A DNA stretch of 64,000 nucleotides from a bacterium (lineage in GTDB: Bacteria > Actinomycetota > Acidimicrobiia > Spongiisociales > Spongiisociaceae): contig JAPOQZ010000082.1 of the NCBI GenBank assembly GCA_026710435.1, positions 19,770 to 83,769 of the forward strand. Reading direction: 5' to 3'. A model generated the notes under the pieces. The model did not search any database. It saw nothing but the letters and a program-made list of their open reading frames with translations, and was not told where the DNA came from. A program made the position numbers and the translations under genes. Positions 26,063 through 35,605 of the stretch are shown one piece after another (within the stretch, counting starts at the first letter, position 1; the number at the start of each line of letters is the position of its first letter).

Positions 26063-27523
26063 TCAAGGTTGGTGGGCCTCGCCGGTTCCGAGCAACATCG
26101 GCGGACGGACATCCCCAGCGGCCGCCTCGTAGGCTGCCGCGACCCGCAGCAGCAAGGGTTCCTGGAGCCGGCGCGCTGCTAGCTGCAGGCCGACCGGCAG
26201 ACCGTCGACATAGCTGCCGGACGGAATGGCGATCGCCGGTACACCTACCAGGTTCCAGGGCAACGTGAGCCGGGTGGTGAGCCTGCTCTGTGCCCCCGGC
26301 CGGGCCAGGTCGACGCTCCTTCCGCCACCGATCCCGACCTTCCCGGCCTCGATCGGGAAGGCGACGGTCGAGTTGCACGGCGCGAGAACGACATCCACCC
26401 TCTCGAACACCCGGGCGACACCGGCACGGATCTCGTTGCGAACCTGCATACCCCTGCGGTGATCTGTGGCGGATACGAACTCGCCGGCCAGGATGCGGTA
26501 CCGGATCTCCGGGGTGGCGAAGCCGTCCGGACGGGCGAGGGCGTAAGGGAGGAGGACCGACTGCGATTCGTGTTGCGCGGCCGCCAGCGCCAAGGGGATC
26601 TCGTAGAAGGCTGATAGATCTACCTCCTCCACCGCCGCTCCCAGTTCCTCGAAGACCCGAGCGGCTTCACGTACGGCCCTGACCACTTCTGCCAGCGCAT
26701 CGTCGAAGAAGTAGGAGGAAGCCAATCCCACCCTCAAACCACCTATCCCCCGTCCCAGGTCTTGGTGGTAGGAGCCTTCGAAGCCGGATTGGATGGACAC
26801 CGGGTCCTTCGGGTCGTGTCCGGCCATCACGTCGAGCATGGTTGCGGCATCTCCGACCGTGCGGGTGATCGGGCCGATGGTGTGGTGCCACGAGCTGGTG
26901 GGTGGCAGCTCCCCGAAACGGCTGGCCAGCCCGTGGGTGGGCATCAGGCCGACCACCCCGCAGTAGGAGGCCGGGGTCCGGATCGAGCCCCAGCCGTCGG
27001 TGCCGACCGCAGCCCAGGCCATCCCGGCGCTGACCGCCACGGCGGATCCTCCGCTCGAACCACCGGGTATGTGGTCAACGTCCCAGGGGTTGCGCACCGT
27101 ACCGAAGTACATGTCCTTGCAGGTACCCCCCATACCCCACTCGTGCATGTTGTTCTTCCCGATGAGGATGGCTCCGGCTCGCCGCAGGCGGGTGACGACC
27201 TCCGCATCGAAGTCGGTGGTGTGATCGGCCCACAGCACCGACCCGTTGGTGGTGGGATGGCCCGCAACCGCTACGTTGTCCTTCACCGCCACCGGGATCC
27301 CGTGCAGCGGACCGCGGTAGTTCCCGTTCGCGATGTCGCTGGCGGCGACCCTTGCCTCTGCCAGGCCGTCCTCCTCGAACACGGTGATGTAGGCCCGCAG
27401 GACGGGGTCCAGGGACCGGATACGGTCGAGCGCCAAGGTGACCAGCTCGACGGGCGAGATCTCGAGGGCCGAGACACGGTTCGCGACCTCGCCGATTGGG
27501 GCGAAGGCGACGTCGTCGCTCAA
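26063..27523 (-). CDS. Amidase-signature (AS) family amidase
   Basis: GIPVAVKDN and GGSSGGSAVAVSAG are present in a 486-aa product. Confidence 0.9.
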   Translation of the reverse strand: MSDDVAFAPIGEVANRVSALEISPVELVTLALDRIRSLDPVLRAYITVFEEDGLAEARVAASDIANGNYRGPLHGIPVAVKDNVAVAGHPTTNGSVLWADHTTDFDAEVVTRLRRAGAILIGKNNMHEWGMGGTCKDMYFGTVRNPWDVDHIPGGSSGGSAVAVSAGMAWAAVGTDGWGSIRTPASYCGVVGLMPTHGLASRFGELPPTSSWHHTIGPITRTVGDAATMLDVMAGHDPKDPVSIQSGFEGSYHQDLGRGIGGLRVGLASSYFFDDALAEVVRAVREAARVFEELGAAVEEVDLSAFYEIPLALAAAQHESQSVLLPYALARPDGFATPEIRYRILAGEFVSATDHRRGMQVRNEIRAGVARVFERVDVVLAPCNSTVAFPIEAGKVGIGGGRSVDLARPGAQSRLTTRLTLPWNLVGVPAIAIPSGSYVDGLPVGLQLAARRLQEPLLLRVAAAYEAAAGDVRPPMLLGTGEAHQP

Positions 27524-28725
27524 CGCTCGGCCGCGTACGGGGTCGTCCGGGGATCGGCGGTAGCCGGCACCCGCTCGGCGAGCTTCCCGGACCTGCGAAG
27601 GATCTGCACAACGTAGGGAACCAGCACCTCCGTCTCCTCCGGATCCAGCGCGTCACCGAACCGGTCCAGGATCAGGAGCCGGGCACGCGGCGAGAGGTCT
27701 TCATCCCCTGCGGAGGATTCGCCGGCCCCGCGGTTCCCCGCATCCGGGCCCGCTGAAGGCGAGCCTGCTTCCCGGCCCCAGACGAGCCGGAGGAGGTCGG
27801 GTCGGTCGTACTGGCGGTTGACCAGCTGTGCCCAGGTACCTGCCTCCGGGTCGATGTCGGCATAGAGGATGCCCTCGCCGCGCTGGGGACCGGCCAGGAC
27901 GCTGCCTCGCGGCGCGTAGATCATGGAGGCGGGCTCCTCGGTCATTGCCATGAGGTTGGCCCGCTGCGCCGTACCGGCTTCGACCCGGTCCGCAGCCTCC
28001 GGGTCGGATGCGGCGGCGGCCGCCAGTACGTGGGCCGTGTTCTGGTAAGCCACAGCCCGCCCGGTGATCGTCACTACGTTTTGCATGACACCGGGAGCGT
28101 GGAAGTGGGGCGGCCAGAGGGCGACGTGGATGCGAGCTCCAAGGCTCCGCATGGCGTAGGTGAGCAAGGGGTTGGAGTTCTCGCCTCCTGCCAGAACGCT
28201 CACCGGGCCCCACGGCGAATCGAAGACCCTGATCGACTCCCCGTCGCCGGGATGGAAGAACACCCGCTCCCCCACGGCGGGGACCAGCTTTCGCCTCACC
28301 CCGAGCAACTCCCCTTCCGGCGACACGACCAGCTGGCTGTCGAACACGACGCTCACCCGAGGGTCGGGTCGTTCGACAAAACCGATGACCACCATCGTCC
28401 CCGCTCTGGCGGCGGCCTCGCTCAGCCGATCACTCTCCGGACCCGGAACCGTCAGGGCATTCTCCACCATGGCGGCGGCGAGTTCCCGCGACCGGCCGGA
28501 CGTGGGAGGAAGGGCGTGGAACCAGATGGGATGTCCGGGAAGGAAGTTCTCGCCGAAGGCGACCAGGCGAGCCCCGGCAGCCGCGGCCTCCTCGATCAGG
28601 TCGCACGCTTTGCGGACGGATGCAGCCCGGTCGAGGAACACCGGGGCCGCCTGTACCACGGCTACCCGGATGGGTCCTTCAGTTGCGGCAGACACGGGCT
28701 GATCGTATACGATGTCCGGACCCAT
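27520..28725 (-). CDS. Nitrilase-superfamily (CN hydrolase) protein with a C-terminal extension of about 85 aa
   Basis: The CN-hydrolase core runs from IRVAVVQAAP to LVAFGENFLPG; I could not place the catalytic Cys with confidence. The tail LSPRARLLILDRFGDALDPEETEVLVPYVVQILRRSGKLAERVP lies outside the core. The stop overlaps the amidase start. Confidence 0.75.
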   Translation of the reverse strand: MGPDIVYDQPVSAATEGPIRVAVVQAAPVFLDRAASVRKACDLIEEAAAAGARLVAFGENFLPGHPIWFHALPPTSGRSRELAAAMVENALTVPGPESDRLSEAAARAGTMVVIGFVERPDPRVSVVFDSQLVVSPEGELLGVRRKLVPAVGERVFFHPGDGESIRVFDSPWGPVSVLAGGENSNPLLTYAMRSLGARIHVALWPPHFHAPGVMQNVVTITGRAVAYQNTAHVLAAAAASDPEAADRVEAGTAQRANLMAMTEEPASMIYAPRGSVLAGPQRGEGILYADIDPEAGTWAQLVNRQYDRPDLLRLVWGREAGSPSAGPDAGNRGAGESSAGDEDLSPRARLLILDRFGDALDPEETEVLVPYVVQILRRSGKLAERVPATADPRTTPYAAER

Positions 28726-28757
28726 GACAGCCCGACATCCATGAACACCGGTCGCCG

Positions 28758-29723
28758 ATGACCCTCCGCTTCGGTCTCCTGGTTCCCCACTTCGGCCCGC
28801 ATTCGACCTGGGACCGGGTGTTCGGGATCGGTCCGCGCCTGGAGGAACTCGGGTTCTCCAGCGTCTACTTCCGGGACCAGCTCGGCTTCTCGGGTGGCGT
28901 GTCGTTCGAGAACCCCAGCCACCACTTCGTCGATCCATTCGTCGCCATGAGCGCGGTGGCGGCAACCACCGACCTGACCGTGGGCATGGCAACCCTGACC
29001 CCGATTCGCCCGCCCGTGGTACTCGCCCAGATGGTGGGATCCCTCGCCTACCTCGCTCGCGGGAGGCTGGTACTCGGAGTGGGTCTGGGAGGCCAGCCGA
29101 ACGCCTTCCGGCTGGCCGGCCTCTCCATCGAAGATCGGCTGGGTCTGTTCGAGGAGATGGTGACGGTACTGCGGGCCACGTCGCATGCCGGCGCGGCCCA
29201 TTCCGGCTCCCAAATCGCCTTCGACAACCTCACTCTCGACCCGGCCCCGCCCGAGGACCTGACGCTCCTCTACTGTGGCTCCAGCCTGGCGGCCGTCCGG
29301 CGGGCCGTCCGCTTCACAGATGGTTGGTTCCCCGGTCGGTGCCCCCTCCGGGTATTCGACCGCCTGTCGGTACGACTCCGGGAGGAGGCCGGCGCGGCCG
29401 GCAAGACCATGCGGGTCGCCATCGTCCCCCTGGTCTCCCTCGGCCGGACCCGTGAATGTGCCCTGGCCAAGGTCAATGTCGAGGGAATACTCGAGGAGTC
29501 CCGCAGGAAACCGGCCTGGCGGCCGGACGGACCGTTCGCCTCGGCGGAGGATCTGCGCGGAACGCTCATCGCCGGCACGCCTGGCGACGTGGTCGAGGAA
29601 CTCCACCAGCTGGAGAGCCGCGGCGTAGACGAGGTGGTACTCGACCTGCGGGAAAGGATGGACGCCTTCGAGGAGGGCATCGAGCAACTCGGAGCCGAGG
29701 TCCTCCCATCTTTCGCGACATAG
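28758..29723 (+). CDS. LLM-class flavin/F420-dependent oxidoreductase
   Basis: MTLRFGLLVPHFG...LGFSSVYFRDQL is present, and the sequence is paralogous to 15019-16011 and 33298-34299. Confidence 0.85.
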   Translation: MTLRFGLLVPHFGPHSTWDRVFGIGPRLEELGFSSVYFRDQLGFSGGVSFENPSHHFVDPFVAMSAVAATTDLTVGMATLTPIRPPVVLAQMVGSLAYLARGRLVLGVGLGGQPNAFRLAGLSIEDRLGLFEEMVTVLRATSHAGAAHSGSQIAFDNLTLDPAPPEDLTLLYCGSSLAAVRRAVRFTDGWFPGRCPLRVFDRLSVRLREEAGAAGKTMRVAIVPLVSLGRTRECALAKVNVEGILEESRRKPAWRPDGPFASAEDLRGTLIAGTPGDVVEELHQLESRGVDEVVLDLRERMDAFEEGIEQLGAEVLPSFAT

Positions 29724-29861
29724 CGACTCATCAGGACCGTCCGACCGGCGGGGATCCTGCCGACTGCGCGGCCGCGGGAGGAAGAAGGCACCGGAGGATC
29801 TTCCTCGGACTCGAAAGAGGCACTCCTGCAACCGGCAATCAGGTTGCGCGGGTAGGCCATC

Positions 29862-29877
29862 CTGTATACATTATGCG
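29862..29877 (+). promoter_or_regulatory. TGTATAC-type operator-like box upstream of the SBP/permease operon
   Basis: CTGTATACATTATGCG(GAA) matches TTGTATACGTTATGCA(GAA) at 51045-51063 in all but three positions. It lies 97 nt upstream of the ATG at 29974. Confidence 0.4.
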
Positions 29878-29973
29878 GAAGTTCGATGAGCTATGTCTCG
29901 GACTCGGGATGTAGCACCGTACGACAGGTCGCGGGGCTCCTCGCGCACCTACCAGTTACGGGAGGGAGTTCAG

Positions 29974-31107
29974 ATGAAACACATAAGGCTCTTAGCACTG
30001 GTGCTGGGCTTCGCCTTGTTTGTCGCGGCTTGCGGGGAGGACGAGGAAACCACCGCTACCACACAAGCGGCGACCACCACGCAGGCGACGCAGCCCGCGG
30101 AGGAAGCGGCGCCAACCGAGACCACTCCAGCCGACGATGCGATGATGGACGCGGATGCGATGATCGCTGATATCCGGTCTCGTATCGAGGGCCAGTCGGT
30201 GGTGGTAGGTAGCTCCGGGTTCCCGAACGCTTCGCTGACTGGAGCGTTCCGCACGATGGACTTCCTGCGGGATGACTTCGGTCTCGACGTCGAGTTCCGC
30301 CTGCTGGACTCCGACCCGCTCGTAGCGGCGACCATCGCCGGAGAGGTGGCCGTAGGCCAGCTGTCGTTGGCTGGTATGGCCAACGCGGTGTCGGCCGGTT
30401 CCGACTTCGTAGCGTTCGGTGGTGACGACCAGAAGAACTCGTTCATCATCGCCGCCAAGGCGCCGATCACCTCGATGGAGGAACTGCGGGGCCACCCGGT
30501 GGCAGCCACCCAGAGCCTCAACCAGATCACCGGCCAGACCCTCCAGAAGTGCCTGGCTGACGTGGGCATGACCGTCGACGACGTCCAGCTGGTACGCCTG
30601 GCGCACACCGGTGAGGCAACCGCCGCGATAGTGTCGGGACAGGTCGTCGGCGGGATCTCCGCGACCTGGCGTCTCACCCAGCTCACACTCAACGAGGGCG
30701 AAGGTGCCTACAACATGCTCTGCGCCGGCTGGGAGTCCAACCCCCAGATCTCCTCGGTGTGGTACGCCGAGCGGGACTGGGTCGAGGCCAACCCCGACAT
30801 CGCTCTGGCCTTCAACATCGCCTCGCTGAAGTCGGCACGGTGGGCCCAGGAGGACAAGCAGCGGTGGATCGATTACGCGCTCTCGAAGATTGAGCGCCTG
30901 ACTCCTGAAGCCGCCGCTATCGACTACGACGGTCTGATCAACGAGTTGGACATGTGGCCGGTCAACGGGTCCCTCGACCACGACCTGATGCAGACCACTC
31001 TGGACACCTCCCTCGCGTTCGAAGCCGTCGACCGGGCTTACACCGTCGAAGAACTCGTCACCTTCGAGTTCCAAGACAAAGCCCTGGAAATACTCGGACG
31101 CTCATAG
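29974..31107 (+). CDS. ABC substrate-binding lipoprotein (NitT/TauT-like)
   Basis: It has the signal/lipobox LFVAAC, a Thr/Ala-rich linker and the SD GGGAGGGA. Confidence 0.85.
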   Translation: MKHIRLLALVLGFALFVAACGEDEETTATTQAATTTQATQPAEEAAPTETTPADDAMMDADAMIADIRSRIEGQSVVVGSSGFPNASLTGAFRTMDFLRDDFGLDVEFRLLDSDPLVAATIAGEVAVGQLSLAGMANAVSAGSDFVAFGGDDQKNSFIIAAKAPITSMEELRGHPVAATQSLNQITGQTLQKCLADVGMTVDDVQLVRLAHTGEATAAIVSGQVVGGISATWRLTQLTLNEGEGAYNMLCAGWESNPQISSVWYAERDWVEANPDIALAFNIASLKSARWAQEDKQRWIDYALSKIERLTPEAAAIDYDGLINELDMWPVNGSLDHDLMQTTLDTSLAFEAVDRAYTVEELVTFEFQDKALEILGRS

Positions 31108-31134
31108 ACCGGCGACGGAACATACGACAATGAT

Positions 31135-31177
31135 CTGCGGGCCTTCCGGATTCCTTGGGGATACGGAAGGCCCGCAG
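31135..31177 (+). terminator. Strong intercistronic stem-loop after the SBP gene (no U-tract)
   Basis: CTGCGGGCCTTCCG-(15 nt)-CGGAAGGCCCGCAG forms a perfect 14-bp stem. It is probably an mRNA-stabilising or attenuating hairpin rather than a full terminator. Confidence 0.45.
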
Positions 31178-31274
31178 GTCCGTAAGGTAGAGAAACGTCT
31201 ACGGGACTCGGCGCTAAGGTTGCCGTAGGAAGCTGGTCCCATTGCCTTTGTCGTGGTGACCGGATGGGAAGCAC

Positions 31275-32126
31275 TTGGAGATGGCCGCAGTCGATACGAT
31301 GACCGCCCGCGAGCAGGGTCCAGCAACCCTCGCTACCGGGGTGAGCCGCCCTGTGTTGCGCTTCCTGAACCTGTTCCAGTCGAGTTGGGTGATCCGGCTC
31401 CTCACCCTGGCCGTCATCCTCACCGGCTGGGAAGTCTTCGGCAGGCGTACGAGTACGGTCACATTCGCCTCGGTGTCGAGAACCTGGAACGCGCTGTGGG
31501 ATCTGACCGTCAGCGGCGACCTGTGGAAGGCATGGCGGTCCGACCTGGCGATCATGTTCACCGCCCTGGCCATCTCGGCGGTGGCCGGGATCGTCTTGGG
31601 CTTCGTCATGGGACGCTACCGGTCGATCGACAACACCGTCGAGCCGGTGTTCGTGGGGGTGTTCATGACCCCCAAGATCGCCCTGCTCCCGATCATCGCC
31701 CTCTGGCTCGGCTACCAGTTCAACGCCAAAGTACTGATAGTCATCCTGTTCAGCTTCTTCGAGATCTTCTTCACCGTCCGTGACGGGATCAAGGTGACCA
31801 ACGCCGAATACGTGGACGTCGCCAGGGCGTACTCCATCCCGGAAGGCATGATGCTCACGAAGATCATCGCGCCGGCCACCGCTCCCTACATCATCACCGG
31901 GCTCCGCCTCGGCCTCCTGCACGGGATGGTCGGAGTGGTGCTCGCCGGCTTCTTCCTGGAGGCCAACGGTATCGGCGGGCTCATAAGCAACCAGACCAAC
32001 GAGTTCAGGATGCACACGACCTTCGCCGGCATGCTGACCGTGATGGCTGTGGGTGTCGCCATCAACCTAGCCCTGCGGCTGCTCGAGCGCTGGGTGACCC
32101 CGTGGAGCATCAAGGACACGCCGTGA
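31275..32126 (+). CDS. ABC transporter permease
   Basis: The translation has multiple TM segments and an EAA-like loop (VTNAEYVDVARAYSIPEGMMLTKIIAPA). Confidence 0.85.
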   Translation: MEMAAVDTMTAREQGPATLATGVSRPVLRFLNLFQSSWVIRLLTLAVILTGWEVFGRRTSTVTFASVSRTWNALWDLTVSGDLWKAWRSDLAIMFTALAISAVAGIVLGFVMGRYRSIDNTVEPVFVGVFMTPKIALLPIIALWLGYQFNAKVLIVILFSFFEIFFTVRDGIKVTNAEYVDVARAYSIPEGMMLTKIIAPATAPYIITGLRLGLLHGMVGVVLAGFFLEANGIGGLISNQTNEFRMHTTFAGMLTVMAVGVAINLALRLLERWVTPWSIKDTP

Positions 32127-33139
32127 CCGCCGAAACGTCGACCAGCAGCGCCGGCGGAGCGCAACCCGGCGCGGAGAGCCGTTCTTCGTTCAGGATCAGC
32201 CGGGTGAGGATCCTCCAGTTGACGGGAATAGTGGTGTTCCTGGGACTATGGGAGCTGTTGGGCGCCCGCAAGCCCGAATGGTATTCGCAGCCGAGCCTGA
32301 CGCTGAGCGAGCTGTGGAGGCTGATGGGTGCCGAGCAGGTGCTCCCGTACATCGACGGGAGCTTTCCTCTGCTCGTGATGAAGTCCCTGGGGGCGCTCCT
32401 GATCGGCATCGTGCTCTCGTTCATCGTGGGGGTAACGCTCGGCTTCCTGATCGGCCGTTACCGGGTGTTCCGGGTGGCCCTGGATCCATACCTGGCGGCC
32501 ATCTACTCCGTGCCGCGGGTCGCCTTCGTCCCGATCATGGTCGTGTGGTTCGGGATCGCGGACAAGTTCCTCCTGGCTACTATCGAGATTCCCTTCTCCA
32601 GGTTCGTGATAGCCAGCGTGGTGGTGGCCTGCTCGGTCCTGATCGCATTCTCCACCGCGGCAGGCGTCCACGAGTTGATGAAGGAGTACAACGAGATCTC
32701 CTACGCCTTCAACCTGCGGTCGGGCAAGGGTGTCACCGAGGAGTGGGTCGGCGCGATACTTCTCATCATCGCCTTCCTGGCCACCGCCGCGGGATGGCTG
32801 ACCCTCATACAGGGTCTGGTATTGCTGTTCGCCACGGTGGGCCTGCTCGTCGTGCGCGACCGGCACATGTTCCTGAAGATCCTCCTGCCGGGTGCCGTAC
32901 CATTCCTTGCGACCGGCCTCCGCATCGCCGTGCAGCGAGCCCTGATCGCGGTGATCGTGGCGGAGTTCCTGATCGGCGTGCCCGGTCTGGGCTTCGTGAT
33001 CCGTGACGCCCGGGCCGCCTACAACACCGACCGTCTCTTCGCCATGGCCCTCCTGCTGATGGTGCTCGGAGGGATCCTGATCACCATCACGAAGGCGGTG
33101 GAGTCCCGGTTGTCCTCATGGCGACCCAAGGCATTCTGA
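32123..33139 (+). CDS. ABC transporter permease (second subunit)
   Basis: It is a TM-rich paralogue of the preceding permease. The GTG at 32123 overlaps the upstream TGA; an alternative start lies at 32102. Confidence 0.8.
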   Translation: MTAETSTSSAGGAQPGAESRSSFRISRVRILQLTGIVVFLGLWELLGARKPEWYSQPSLTLSELWRLMGAEQVLPYIDGSFPLLVMKSLGALLIGIVLSFIVGVTLGFLIGRYRVFRVALDPYLAAIYSVPRVAFVPIMVVWFGIADKFLLATIEIPFSRFVIASVVVACSVLIAFSTAAGVHELMKEYNEISYAFNLRSGKGVTEEWVGAILLIIAFLATAAGWLTLIQGLVLLFATVGLLVVRDRHMFLKILLPGAVPFLATGLRIAVQRALIAVIVAEFLIGVPGLGFVIRDARAAYNTDRLFAMALLLMVLGGILITITKAVESRLSSWRPKAF

Positions 33140-33297
33140 GACCCGGGACCGGAAAACGCAATGCGATCCACCAGACTCGGAACCTTGCAGACCGTCCGGG
33201 ATCGGCCCGGCGCGGGAAGGCCGACCCACCCTCCGGCGCCTCGGCCGGCGTGAGCGGGCAGATGGACAGGCACCCCTTACGGAGACCCAGAACCGGG

Positions 33298-34299
33298 ATG
33301 ACCTTCGGGGTGCTGCTACCCCACTTCGGTCCCCACGCCTCCCGGACCCGCCTGATCGAAGGCATCAAGCTCATCGAAGATCTGGGCTTCGACGCGGTGT
33401 GGGCCCGGGACCATCTACTCTGGCATCCGCACAGCCACGAGGAACACACGGACATGACGTTCCTCGAACCTTTCACCACCCTGATCGGGCTGGGAACCCT
33501 GGTGGAGCGCCTGGTCATCGGGACCGGCGTGATGATCCCGGTCCGCCACCCGATCCGGGTCGCCCAGCAGTACATGACGCTCTCGTACCTCACCGGCGGA
33601 CGGGTCATAGCAGGCTTCGGCGCCGGGCACGGGGGCGAGTTGCGTGCAGCCGGGATCGATCCCGACCGCAAGCACCAAGCCGTGCTCGAAATGATCGAGA
33701 TCGTGCGCCGGTTGTGGGCCGGGAACGGGGTGACATTCGAGGGCGAGATTTTCCGGATCCACCATGCTTCCCTGGAACCCAAGCTCCAGCATCCGCTACC
33801 CATCCTCTACGGGGGACCCTCGCGGCGGGCAGCCCGGATCGCTGCCTGCCACGCGGACGGATGGCTGGCCGGCACCGTACCGTTGACGACTGTCGACGCC
33901 CGGCTCTCCTACATGCGGGAACTGCTGGGGAGCATCGACCATCTCTTCCTGTCGGTCACCCCCCGGACGATTCTCGACGAGGACCGGGAGCGGGCCCGCA
34001 CCAGTGTGGACGTGGAGCGGATGTCGAGAGACGGAAAGCGCAACTGGGTGACCCCACCGGGGGGTGCCTTCCGGACCCTCGAGGACATCCGGGGCGTGGT
34101 GGTGGTGGGCGACGCCCATGACGTAGCGGCCGGTGTCATCGAGTACTACAAACGCGGATTCGACCATTTCACATTCGACGTGCGCAACCAGTTCGACCGT
34201 TTCGAGGAGACCCTGGAAGCGATAAGCGGGTCCGTGCTACCGATCGTGCGGAAGGAGATCGCCCGGTCGAACCTGCCACAGTCCAACAGAAGGAGCTGA
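33298..34299 (+). CDS. LLM-class flavin/F420-dependent oxidoreductase
   Basis: MTFGVLLPHFG...LGFDAVWARDHL is present; the ATG at 33298 lies inside the longer ORF. Confidence 0.85.
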   Translation: MTFGVLLPHFGPHASRTRLIEGIKLIEDLGFDAVWARDHLLWHPHSHEEHTDMTFLEPFTTLIGLGTLVERLVIGTGVMIPVRHPIRVAQQYMTLSYLTGGRVIAGFGAGHGGELRAAGIDPDRKHQAVLEMIEIVRRLWAGNGVTFEGEIFRIHHASLEPKLQHPLPILYGGPSRRAARIAACHADGWLAGTVPLTTVDARLSYMRELLGSIDHLFLSVTPRTILDEDRERARTSVDVERMSRDGKRNWVTPPGGAFRTLEDIRGVVVVGDAHDVAAGVIEYYKRGFDHFTFDVRNQFDRFEETLEAISGSVLPIVRKEIARSNLPQSNRRS

Positions 34300-34302
34300 G
34301 CG

Positions 34303-34866
34303 ATGGGGATCGTCGATCACGGCAAGCTGAAGTCCAACTACCTGGGTGTGGTCGAAAAGCTGGCCGGCAACCACGCTGCCGGCCTCGTCCATCCCTACGT
34401 GTCGGCCGAGACCATCGAGGACTTGAGCGTCCGGTCCTCCTTCATTCAGTACGACCGCGAGTTCACCTTCTTCGGGGATGAAGCCCGGGACCGGGGAGGC
34501 CACGAGCGAGGCCCCAGCCCAATCCGGTACTTCCTGAGCGGGATCGCCTTCTGCATGCTCGGCTGGTACGCGAAAGGTGCCGCTTTCGCGGAGTGCGAAG
34601 TCGAGGGCTTGGGGATGAACATCACCACCCATCTCGACCTGCGGGGGGAGCATGGCTTCGAGGACAAACCAATCCACATCCAGTGGCTGGTGTTCGACGT
34701 CCAGGTGGACAGTCCGTCGTCGGCCGATTCCGTCCTGGCCATGGTCGACTGGGGCGATGCCCGGTGCCCACTCGGCGCCTTCTCCCGGCGGGCGGTGCCC
34801 GTTTACACCGTCGTCAACCACAACGGAACCGTCATCCGCGACACGGTTCCACGCGGAGTCGGGTAG
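34303..34866 (+). CDS. OsmC/Ohr family protein
   Basis: The GPSPIRYFLSGIAFC and late ARCP segments resemble the two OsmC Cys motifs. Confidence 0.75.
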   Translation: MGIVDHGKLKSNYLGVVEKLAGNHAAGLVHPYVSAETIEDLSVRSSFIQYDREFTFFGDEARDRGGHERGPSPIRYFLSGIAFCMLGWYAKGAAFAECEVEGLGMNITTHLDLRGEHGFEDKPIHIQWLVFDVQVDSPSSADSVLAMVDWGDARCPLGAFSRRAVPVYTVVNHNGTVIRDTVPRGVG

Positions 34867-34953
34867 CCAGATCCCAGGCCGACGGGAATCCCGGCTCGTC
34901 GCCAACCCGCCAGACCCGCCTCGTTCCTTCGCGGGCGTGGTACATTTTGATCG

Positions 34954-35241
34954 GTGGAGTACACAGAAGAACAGATCGAACGCATCACTGAATTCGCCAG
35001 TAAGCCCGGCAACTTGGAACCCGCTGGTCCTGATGCGCGGGACAATGGTCGGCGCATGGCTAGAGCAATCGCAGATACATTCAGCGAGCACGACTGGGCG
35101 ACTCTTCTGAATAGGTTGTCCGCAGATCGCGCAGCTCAACAGATCGCGCAGCGCCCAGCCGAAGAGCGCGAAGTCCTGCTCAGCTTGCTCGGCACCGAAC
35201 GCAGGACCGATGTCGAAGCACATCTTCCCGTGACGGTCTAG
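34954..35241 (+). CDS. Hypothetical protein (foreign codon usage)
   Basis: It is a 95-aa ORF with many A/T-ending codons, unlike its neighbours. Its TAG stop lies inside the terminus of MITE copy 2. Confidence 0.4.
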   Translation: MEYTEEQIERITEFASKPGNLEPAGPDARDNGRRMARAIADTFSEHDWATLLNRLSADRAAQQIAQRPAEEREVLLSLLGTERRTDVEAHLPVTV

Positions 35242-35343
35242 GAGGGTGCTGAGCAATCCACCAGCGGCCTGCCAATCGCCGGCATTATTCCCGGGCTGGC
35301 GAGCGGCAGGCCTGAGCAATCATCATTGTTCAGCACCCTCCTA
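35238..35343 (+). repeat. MITE-like palindromic repeat, copy 2
   Basis: It reads CTAGGAGGGTGCTGAGCAAT ... ATTGTTCAGCACCCTCCTA, with roughly 20-bp terminal inverted repeats. Confidence 0.85.
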
Positions 35344-35367
35344 AAGGGATCCTCCCCCCGCCTTCAG

Positions 35368-35602
35368 TGGCAGTCAAGCCCCACATCGCTCGATCCGCCT
35401 GCAAGTACGGCATCGACTACCTCGATGTCTACTCTGTGTTAGACGACCCACTCCTCGTTGCAACCATGGCGGATTACCGTGACTCAAGGCGCTGTCCGGA
35501 TAACAAGTGCTCAACAAGGGACCACAGTTTGGTCAGATCCTTGATTCGCTTGGCACTGCGTTTCAGATCCTTCTCGAACCTGGTTGTAGTGCGCAGCCGC
35601 AT
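35368..35602 (-). pseudogene. yafQ: Degraded YafQ/RelE-family toxin
   Basis: From the ATG at 35602 it encodes MRLRTTTRFEKDLKRSAKRIKDLTKLWSLVEHLLSGQRLESR and then stops. Downstream pieces in other frames (CNEEWVV; HRVDIEVVDAVLAGGSSDVGL) resemble the remaining YafQ motifs (ECH..DWLLIY; RTGSHSDL). Confidence 0.55.
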
Positions 35603-35605
35603 GAA

